Sequence record: PQ850621.1
Strand: one strand, 5' to 3'
DNA length: 43,746 bases
DNA from: Escherichia phage NicoleGrasset_Bas72
Position numbers and translations under genes: made by a program. Under the pieces are notes generated by a model that was given only the letters and a program-made list of their open reading frames with translations, searched no databases and had not been told where the DNA came from. Positions 27,412-34,254 of the stretch are shown in pieces (the stretch's first letter is position 1; each line of letters begins with the position of its first letter).

Positions 27412-28096
27412 CTCTACATTCTCCTTCAGGCCACCTATTAGGAAAAGACGGTATATGTGAAACTTCTCTCGCCGCTTTTATTCTTTTAATGGCGGGACCT
27501 ATCTCCGTAACCATTTCAATGAATGTAAACCGGTGTCCTCTGGTAAGATTACATGTCTGACAACAAGAAACGCAGTTAGATACTATGTGCCCGCTTGTAT
27601 TATCTATGCGGTCTACCCCGACTTTTGTAGTGCTTCCGCAATAATGGCATGGCTGTGATATTAGTTTAATAACGCTTTCCAGTGTTAAATCGCAGATAAG
27701 CCCTTTTCCTGAATCTGCTCTTTTGTATCCTAACAAAAGCGCGTACGCCCGCGTCCTTTGGTCCTTATTCACCAGTTCCCTGCGTTGCTTGTTGAGACAC
27801 TCCCGGCAATCTTTCCTGATATGAGAGCCATTACTTTTATTTCCTTTCCTGAAGTTTTCCTCTGTTAAAGGTTTTACCTCCCCACACTTTCTGCATTTAA
27901 CAGGCTTCCCAGTGAAAACATACCAAGGGCTTTCTCGTCTGGATTTACCTTGTAATTTAAGTTTTTCGTCATACTTTTCCTTCCTGTTAGCATTTACACA
28001 CTCTTTACACCAGCGTTGCAGCCCGAGGCGCGTTGACTTTGAAAAATACTCTGTAGTCGCCGGTTTATCTTCGCCGCATCTTGAACACTTTTTCAT
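27401..28096 (-). CDS. HNH endonuclease with N-terminal zinc-binding Cys pairs
   Basis: CxxC pairs (CSRCG, CKEC, CRKCG) and HNH core HYCGSTTKVGVDRIDNTSGHIVSNCVSCCQTCN; ATG at 28096 with GGAG SD. Confidence 0.7.
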   Translation of the reverse strand: MKKCSRCGEDKPATTEYFSKSTRLGLQRWCKECVNANRKEKYDEKLKLQGKSRRESPWYVFTGKPVKCRKCGEVKPLTEENFRKGNKSNGSHIRKDCRECLNKQRRELVNKDQRTRAYALLLGYKRADSGKGLICDLTLESVIKLISQPCHYCGSTTKVGVDRIDNTSGHIVSNCVSCCQTCNLTRGHRFTFIEMVTEIGPAIKRIKAAREVSHIPSFPNRWPEGECRDAK

Positions 28097-28106
28097 TAAT
28101 AACTCC

Positions 28107-28141
28107 AAAAAAAAATACCGACATAGCCATTATATCGGTAT
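28107..28141 (-). terminator. rho-independent terminator (minus strand) between DNA polymerase and HNH genes
   Basis: On minus strand: stem ATACCGA/TCGGTAT with 13-nt loop, followed by a 9-nt U-run. Confidence 0.6.
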
Positions 28142-28173
28142 TTACATTTTCTACAACGTATTTCCTAAATCTA

Positions 28174-30354
28174 CTACTTGGCGTATCTGTACATTTCGCT
28201 ACCTTCTGCTACAAGAGGGAACCCCTCCGCCCATTCTGGTAATTCGCACATCAATCGCTCAAGCTCTGCGACATTGTATTCCGGCGTATCTGGAGTTTCG
28301 CAGATAATCTCATCGTGGACATGAAGTACAATTGGATAACCGTTTGCTTCTACGTTCAGCAGCGCGTTGGCCAGCAAATCACGGCACAACGCCTGAGTGC
28401 AGTTTTCCACCAGTTTACCAGAGTAGGTGTACTGGAAGCCCCACTGCCGGGTTAACTGGTTTTCGCCCTGGTACTTGATGCGCACGTTAGTAGACACCTT
28501 TCCATCTTCGTCTGTCTCTTTCGACACACTTAATCCGACGCCCGGGTATGACATAACGCGACCCGACGGCAACGTCATGCGCAACCACCAGCCCGCGACT
28601 TTGTCGCCGTTGTTGTCTGTCTCTATGTTACGCGAAAACTTAACGCCTCGCGGTCCTGCGGTGAACTCTTTACCTGGATTGCGGATAGCGGCCATAGCTG
28701 CGTCTTCAATATCTCGCCAGAAAGCTACTGTTTCAGGGTGTGACTCTCGCCACATACGCTTGATAGCGTCACAGGTACGCCACACTTTCTTATCAAGAAT
28801 ATACGATGGTCGGTCATCCTTCTCCCCGGGTCGCGGCGGTCGCTTGGCTTCCTGAATACGTGCCCATTCATAGCCGCGTGCAGTAGCCGCCCAGATGTGG
28901 TCCGGGAAAGTACCGTCCATTGTTTTTGACATATCAACAAGGTCAAGTCCGAGGTTCTTAGCAAACTGAACGAAAGCGCCAACACCACCAGCGTAGCCGA
29001 GGCCAAGCTCGCAGGCTTTACCAATCTGGCGCAAGTCTTTGCGTTCCTTCTTAATGTAATCCGGCTCCATGCCGAACATCTTACCCGCGGTTACACAGTA
29101 AATGTCCAGCCCGGCGCGGAACGTATCTAGCGCGGTTTCTTCACCCGCCAGCCACGCAAGACCGCGGCCTTCGACGTTAGAGTAATCGGCGACGACAAAC
29201 TTATGCCCAGCTTCCGGTATAATGCAGCTACGAACGGTAGATGCCGTCAGCTTGGCTACGTCAAATCGGCGGTGCGCCCGGCCCTTAAGTAACGCTGAAA
29301 TGCCTTTATCCAGTTCATCATCGTGATAGTACCCACGCGCCAGGTTCTGTGGCTGGAAGCCTTTACCCGCGAACCGTAACGTACGCTTTGCCCCACCGTA
29401 CTGGATACAACCGCGGCGTCGGTCGTCCGACGAGCGGCCTAACAGCAGCGGGTTATATTTCGTGGACGCTGTTGACGCGGCCCCGAGGCGCATTTCGATA
29501 ATCATCCGGGCGTCGTCCGGTAAATCATCATCTGCCAACAGGTCGTTAAGCGTCGACTTCTGTGCATTGTGTATGCGGTGCGCGGGCGCAAGTTCACGCA
29601 GAATCGGAAGGAAGTCTTTACCGGTAAGCGAGCCGCCGTATTTACGTTGAGCTTCTTCCTGTAACTGTGCCTTGTGCTTCTCTACGGCTTCAATCGCGGC
29701 TTCCGCCAGTGCGACGTCAACCTTAAATCCGCGGTCGTTGATTAACTGGTCAAGTTCCAGTACACGGTCTTCGAACTCGGAGTTACCCCAACGCGGCAGC
29801 TTATGGAACACTTCACGCATCGCTGTGATGTCACTCACGGCATACTTGATAAACAGCGCCCACTCATCCGGGTGCGTTTCCGCGGTATAGCGGCGGATTT
29901 TGTAGTTCTTTGGCGTAGGTTTAGAAAAACGCTGAATCAGCGCCTTGCCGCGTTTGTCTTTCGCGTTGTCTGCAGACACGCCCAGCACTTCGCACAGCGC
30001 ATCGAGTGACCCCGGCAGCGCGTGACGAAACGCCCAAATCATCGTATCAATGGTGTTGCTTACGGGAATATCAAAGCCCCAGCAGTGTTTCATGATGAGC
30101 CTGTCGAACATTGAGCCGTTGTGCCACACCATCTTAATACGACTGTTCGGCTTAACCAGGCGGCGCAGTGCGCGGTGCAAATCACCCGGCATGTCGCTGC
30201 CGTCGGTGCAATCCCATACCCGCACAGGCTCGTCGTCAAAAGCATATGTGCAGATAAGCACTTCGGTAGTCGGGTGTTCGGCGTAAGCGTAGGAGCCGAC
30301 TTTCTTTAAATCGGCTTCGGAGAATGTTTCAAAGTCCAGGTATAAGTAGCTCAT
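28174..30354 (-). CDS. family A DNA polymerase with 3'-5' exonuclease domain
   Basis: Exo I-like YLDFETFS near N-terminus and motif C-like LHVHDEIICE near C-terminus; start at internal ATG 30354 with AAGGA SD. Confidence 0.75.
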   Translation of the reverse strand: MSYLYLDFETFSEADLKKVGSYAYAEHPTTEVLICTYAFDDEPVRVWDCTDGSDMPGDLHRALRRLVKPNSRIKMVWHNGSMFDRLIMKHCWGFDIPVSNTIDTMIWAFRHALPGSLDALCEVLGVSADNAKDKRGKALIQRFSKPTPKNYKIRRYTAETHPDEWALFIKYAVSDITAMREVFHKLPRWGNSEFEDRVLELDQLINDRGFKVDVALAEAAIEAVEKHKAQLQEEAQRKYGGSLTGKDFLPILRELAPAHRIHNAQKSTLNDLLADDDLPDDARMIIEMRLGAASTASTKYNPLLLGRSSDDRRRGCIQYGGAKRTLRFAGKGFQPQNLARGYYHDDELDKGISALLKGRAHRRFDVAKLTASTVRSCIIPEAGHKFVVADYSNVEGRGLAWLAGEETALDTFRAGLDIYCVTAGKMFGMEPDYIKKERKDLRQIGKACELGLGYAGGVGAFVQFAKNLGLDLVDMSKTMDGTFPDHIWAATARGYEWARIQEAKRPPRPGEKDDRPSYILDKKVWRTCDAIKRMWRESHPETVAFWRDIEDAAMAAIRNPGKEFTAGPRGVKFSRNIETDNNGDKVAGWWLRMTLPSGRVMSYPGVGLSVSKETDEDGKVSTNVRIKYQGENQLTRQWGFQYTYSGKLVENCTQALCRDLLANALLNVEANGYPIVLHVHDEIICETPDTPEYNVAELERLMCELPEWAEGFPLVAEGSEMYRYAK

Positions 30355-30506
30355 TTCTTTTTCCTTAAATCCAGTGCCTTCGTTTCGCTGAGTCTTATTT
30401 TCATACAATCACGGCAAATCCACACATGCCTGTACCCGGCGCGGTACTCATCCGCGTACCACGGAAGCGGTTTCATATATCGGTATACGTGCTTACAGAA
30501 AAACAT
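30351..30506 (-). CDS. small zinc-ribbon-like protein (51 aa), putative
   Basis: Cys pairs (MFFCKHV...ICRDC); stop overlaps polymerase ATG (ATGA); not in ORF track. Confidence 0.35.
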   Translation of the reverse strand: MFFCKHVYRYMKPLPWYADEYRAGYRHVWICRDCMKIRLSETKALDLRKKK

Positions 30507-30519
30507 GATTTTCGACCCT

Positions 30520-30548
30520 TAGTAAAAAGGCCCAATGAAGGGCCTTAG
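30520..30548 (-). terminator. terminator (minus strand) after DUF2815-like gene
   Basis: On minus strand: AAGGCCC ttcattg GGGCCTT then TTTTTAC. Confidence 0.5.
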
Positions 30549-30565
30549 TTAAATTGATTCAGATA

Positions 30566-31192
30566 TTAACGGCGGCGACGTTCGCGGCGCGGTGCTTCAT
30601 CTTCTTCGTCGTCTTCCAGGTCGTCGACGCTTGCAGCAACTTTAGAGCCTCCAAACGCTTTACCTTCGCCAACGTACTTAATTGCCAGCAGGTTAACGCC
30701 GAGTACTTTATATTTCTGGCTGAACCAGATTTCAACGCTTACGTTAGCGACGCAGCCACTGTACACCTGTTCACCTTCAATCTGTTCGCCTTCTACATTG
30801 AAGTCTGGTTCTACCTGAGTTTCGCCTTTTTTAGATGTTACAATCAGAGGTTGTTTCTGCGCTTTCGCTTTGAAGTAGAAACCTTCCGGGAAGTCTTCAA
30901 ACGGATTGTCGCGCTCGGCGATGTCCTTAATCGCGCATTTATCCATGTGCTTGCCTTCGCCGTAGTTTGACTTCATCCATTTCTCTGCGGCGGCTGCACC
31001 CAACGCTTCTTCAACCACAGCGTAAACGGTGTCGTAGAGCGCGTCGATTTGAGCATGGTCAGACGGCAGGATGATAGTTGCGCTGTACTGGCCTTTAGTG
31101 ATTGAGCCGTCGTCGTTTTCACGGTCTTTTTCGCGTTCGAATACGTTAACCCATGCAGTGTTTACTTTACGCAGATTCAGTTTAATGCCCAT
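30566..31192 (-). CDS. DUF2815-like putative ssDNA-binding protein
   Basis: 208 aa with acidic DD/EE-rich then basic RRERRRR C-terminus; sits between nuclease and polymerase as in DUF2800/DUF2815/PolA modules; followed by terminator. Confidence 0.5.
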   Translation of the reverse strand: MGIKLNLRKVNTAWVNVFEREKDRENDDGSITKGQYSATIILPSDHAQIDALYDTVYAVVEEALGAAAAEKWMKSNYGEGKHMDKCAIKDIAERDNPFEDFPEGFYFKAKAQKQPLIVTSKKGETQVEPDFNVEGEQIEGEQVYSGCVANVSVEIWFSQKYKVLGVNLLAIKYVGEGKAFGGSKVAASVDDLEDDEEDEAPRRERRRR

Positions 31193-31245
31193 CTTGATTT
31201 CTCGCTTTTAAGTTTACTCCGGGAGCTGCCCGGCCAGTGATTAGA

Positions 31246-31274
31246 ACTATAATAGCTAACTATTCAGGTGTCAA
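31246..31274 (-). promoter_or_regulatory. sigma70-like promoter TTGACA-N17-TATAGT
   Basis: On minus strand; partly within the 3' end of 31260-31463; upstream of DUF2815-like gene. Confidence 0.55.
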
Positions 31275-31463
31275 ATAAAATTTCGCAATACGGACTATGT
31301 TCTCGAAATCATTCATATCAACGGGTTCGAATTCATCCTCCACATGGTTGTATCGCACCATCGTGCCGTTCAGGAACGTAAACGATTCCGAATGGATATA
31401 ACCGCCCCAGCGCCATATCATCACAAAATCTTTATCTGTGGGCATTTCATTTACTTGAATCAT
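31260..31463 (-). CDS. hypothetical protein (67 aa)
   Basis: ATG overlaps stop of upstream nuclease gene (ATGA); SD AGAGGAGGA lies within the upstream coding sequence. Confidence 0.45.
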   Translation of the reverse strand: MIQVNEMPTDKDFVMIWRWGGYIHSESFTFLNGTMVRYNHVEDEFEPVDMNDFENIVRIAKFYLTPE

Positions 31464-32740
31464 TCCAAATCCTCCTCTGTTACCTGATTCCACTCAGGAC
31501 GTTTGTCGTCTGCCGTTGCGACACATGGTGCGCCTGGCTTACGGGTAATGAAGTCTTTCAGTTCTTCTTCCGGTATGACTTTAACAGCTTCGGTAGGTGA
31601 CATGAGCACTTCTTTAGTCAGCTTGTCGCCGTAGAGTTCTGTTACTTTCTCCGCGTCTTTCCATGCACGATTACCCGGGCGGCCTTCAACCAACTTGTAA
31701 CCAGGAACTTTCTTACCTGAATGCAACGCGGCCGCCATAGCTTTCTCAACCTTGTCGATGTGCTGGCGCAACAGCGGCAACTTCTCATACTCAGCTACGA
31801 GTTGCTCCGGCGTCAGTTCCAGCACAAAGTCGTCTTCCAGTTCTTCCGCCAGTACAGAATTAACCGTCTTTGTACGCGCAGCGCATTGTTCAGAGAACCG
31901 GCACCACTGACAACCATCTACCGATGGCTTGAAGTCCGACGCTTTCAGGTTCTTCTTGCCACGGAAATACGCATCAAGCGCTAACAGCGCGCGTTTCTGT
32001 GCGAACTTAGCGAACAGTTCCAGTCCTTCAACCGAGATGTCCCACTCTGTCGCGCCCCCAGCGTAAGGCTGGAAGATGACCAGACGAACGGTTGTTATGT
32101 TATAACGTCTCTTGAGTCGACGATAAACACCGAGAGCGTAAAGCATAAGCTGCTTGTTTTCTTTCGCTTCGACGCGATGCCGTCCTGTTTTAAGGTCGCC
32201 GATAATGAGCATCGCGGAGTTACTTTCACCTGTAAAGCCTTCTATAACCGCCACTAAGTCGGCTGTCCCGAATGTCTCTAAATCATCCTCCTTACCTTCT
32301 TCACTCTCAGCAGGTACTTTGTAGCCCGGATGCAATACCTCAGTAAGATTGACACGCATTTCCAGCTTGGCGTAAGTCGCTACATCGATAATCGCTTTGC
32401 AGTAGTCGGTGTACTTGCGAACCTGTTCAATCATGTCAGCCGTAATCAGTACCGCGCCTTTCATAGGGCTGATTAACGCCTTAATCTGGCCTTTTCCTTC
32501 GTCCAGTACATAAGCGCCGACTTCACGTTCTAATGGCAACGCAGTGCCTTTGATGTACTGGTTAAGGTGTATCTCGGCTATGGTGTGCATTGCCGTGCCT
32601 AATATCGCAGCTTTACCGGACGTGTCAGGAATATCCTTTTCACAGGCCAGTGATGCGGCGCAGGTTAACCACTTTTTAGCACCTGACGGTGACAGTAAGG
32701 CGTGTACGTCGTTATTGCCGCCGCGTTCTTTTAGAATCAT
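31460..32740 (-). CDS. DUF2800-like PD-(D/E)xK (Cas4-like) nuclease
   Basis: N-terminal HALLSPSGAKKWLTCAAS signature; C-terminal Cys cluster VDGCQWCRFSEQCAAR consistent with Fe-S Cas4-like nucleases; ends with VTEEDLE. Confidence 0.6.
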   Translation of the reverse strand: MILKERGGNNDVHALLSPSGAKKWLTCAASLACEKDIPDTSGKAAILGTAMHTIAEIHLNQYIKGTALPLEREVGAYVLDEGKGQIKALISPMKGAVLITADMIEQVRKYTDYCKAIIDVATYAKLEMRVNLTEVLHPGYKVPAESEEGKEDDLETFGTADLVAVIEGFTGESNSAMLIIGDLKTGRHRVEAKENKQLMLYALGVYRRLKRRYNITTVRLVIFQPYAGGATEWDISVEGLELFAKFAQKRALLALDAYFRGKKNLKASDFKPSVDGCQWCRFSEQCAARTKTVNSVLAEELEDDFVLELTPEQLVAEYEKLPLLRQHIDKVEKAMAAALHSGKKVPGYKLVEGRPGNRAWKDAEKVTELYGDKLTKEVLMSPTEAVKVIPEEELKDFITRKPGAPCVATADDKRPEWNQVTEEDLE

Positions 32741-33099
32741 CGTAAACTCTCCAAATACAAGTTTAATGCCTGTAGCTGTTCTTCTGTGGGGATGAAAGAA
32801 TCATCACGATGTAAGTCGCTTAACTGTTGCAGCATTCCTGCGAACTTACGTCTTGCGTCAACAGTGGCCATGTGATGCTTTTCGCTTTTGTATATTAATG
32901 TTTTCGGGTAATCCTCAAGTCTTCCAGACGATTTATTCACGCGGAGTGCTCGAGCTTCATGCGCAATGTGGATGTACTTTTTGCCGTTTTGTAGCACAGT
33001 AGCTACGCCGCTGTTCTTTCTGCGGTCACCGACGGTGTAAACCTTGTCACCACTACGCAGATTAAGCCACCATTTATCCGTCATACCCGGTTCTCCCAC
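32737..33099 (-). CDS. hypothetical protein (120 aa)
   Basis: Co-oriented, overlapping start/stop in early-left operon. Confidence 0.45.
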   Translation of the reverse strand: MGEPGMTDKWWLNLRSGDKVYTVGDRRKNSGVATVLQNGKKYIHIAHEARALRVNKSSGRLEDYPKTLIYKSEKHHMATVDARRKFAGMLQQLSDLHRDDSFIPTEEQLQALNLYLESLR

Positions 33100-33353
33100 T
33101 GGTCAATTAAATGTCGTGTCTTGTGGTCACAATGCATCGCCCAGCTATACATCGACTCGAAGACATAAAAGTCACTTTTAACGAATGTCGTGCGCTTAAT
33201 CTGCGACAGGTGACGGCCTATATCTTTCGGCTTCGGTACTTTGCCGAGGTAGGCCATCTCTTCCATCTGGTGCGCGCCGGACGGCGCACGCAACAGCCAC
33301 AACGCCTCTGTGTTATCCCGTCGGTCAATACCTCGGTAGAGTTGGTAAATCAT
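33081..33353 (-). CDS. hypothetical protein (90 aa)
   Basis: Co-oriented ORF in early-left operon. Confidence 0.45.
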   Translation of the reverse strand: MIYQLYRGIDRRDNTEALWLLRAPSGAHQMEEMAYLGKVPKPKDIGRHLSQIKRTTFVKSDFYVFESMYSWAMHCDHKTRHLIDQWENRV

Positions 33354-33396
33354 ATTACGACCCTCTGTTAAAGCGGCCCGGAGGCCGCCAGATAAA

Positions 33397-33897
33397 TTAT
33401 TCTTCTTCGAAATACTTGTTCTTAATCGCCGTCAGGCGTTTCAGGTATTCAGCCAGGTCTTCGTCTTTAATCGCGGCAATCTTCATTTTCTTACCGGTGA
33501 ACTCCTCCAGCAGTTCATCGGAATCGTCGCACGCAGCATCGCTAGGACCTTCGTTAATTGCATCGTCGATAGCCTGAATCTGGTCACGAAGAGACTGGTA
33601 ATCGACCTCTTCTTTCTCTTCTTCTGGTTCTGGAGTCGGCTCCTCTACTTTAGCTTTACGCGGCTTGCGTTTCGGCTTCTCTTCTTCTGCTGGTTTAGCG
33701 TCAACGATGTCTTCACCTTCAACAGGGATTTCTTTTGTTGCTTCTTTTTCGCACTCAGCTACCGCTTCTTTGGTATACACTACCGTCTCTACTTCTAACG
33801 GCGCTGCAACTTGTGCTGACTGTTTCGCACTGTTCGCAGCAATCAGTTCATGTGCAACTACGAAACGTTCCAGTAATTTTAAGAATTGTTCTAACAT
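33397..33897 (-). CDS. highly acidic protein, first gene of early-left operon
   Basis: GAGGAGAG SD; E/D-rich (EPTPEPEEEKEEVDYQ, DDSDELLEEF); directly downstream of strong promoter 33929-33957. Confidence 0.55.
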   Translation of the reverse strand: MLEQFLKLLERFVVAHELIAANSAKQSAQVAAPLEVETVVYTKEAVAECEKEATKEIPVEGEDIVDAKPAEEEKPKRKPRKAKVEEPTPEPEEEKEEVDYQSLRDQIQAIDDAINEGPSDAACDDSDELLEEFTGKKMKIAAIKDEDLAEYLKRLTAIKNKYFEEE

Positions 33898-33928
33898 TTG
33901 TTTCTCTCCTCTCGTTTGGTATGGGCTA

Positions 33929-33957
33929 ACTATAATAGCGAACTATTCACATGTCAA
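33929..33957 (-). promoter_or_regulatory. sigma70-like promoter TTGACA-N17-TATAGT
   Basis: On minus strand; upstream of acidic-protein gene 33397-33897. Confidence 0.6.
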
Positions 33958-33961
33958 TGGG

Positions 33962-33990
33962 CTTTTCTAAAATAATTAATATGGTACTAT
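33962..33990 (+). promoter_or_regulatory. weak promoter candidate for HTH regulator gene
   Basis: TACTAT -10 at 33985-33990 with AT-rich upstream region; -35 poor (CTTTTC). Confidence 0.3.
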
Positions 33991-34021
33991 TCACATATCA
34001 ACTGACTAAGGAGTAATTGAC

Positions 34022-34237
34022 ATGCGACCATCTGAACTAGGCATCCGTGTAGAACAACGCCGCAAAGAACTCGGCATCTCCCAGCGCCGTTTGGCGGCCC
34101 TGACCGGCGTTTCCCAGGGCGCGATTAACCAACTGGCACTTGGAGTAACTCAGGACGTCCGCCCGGCAACGCTGTTCAAACTGGCGGAAGTTCTGGAAGT
34201 AGACGCCAAGTGGCTGGCGTTAGGTGAAGGGGCTTAA
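34022..34237 (+). CDS. XRE-family HTH transcriptional regulator (Cro/CI-like)
   Basis: 71 aa; classic HTH LGISQRRLAALTGVSQGAINQL; AAGGAG SD; own terminator 34227-34252. Confidence 0.7.
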   Translation: MRPSELGIRVEQRRKELGISQRRLAALTGVSQGAINQLALGVTQDVRPATLFKLAEVLEVDAKWLALGEGA

Positions 34238-34252
34238 AGCCCCTTTCTTTTT
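34227..34252 (+). terminator. rho-independent terminator after HTH regulator gene
   Basis: GGGGC ttaaa GCCCC then TTTCTTTTT. Confidence 0.6.
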
Positions 34253-34254
34253 AC

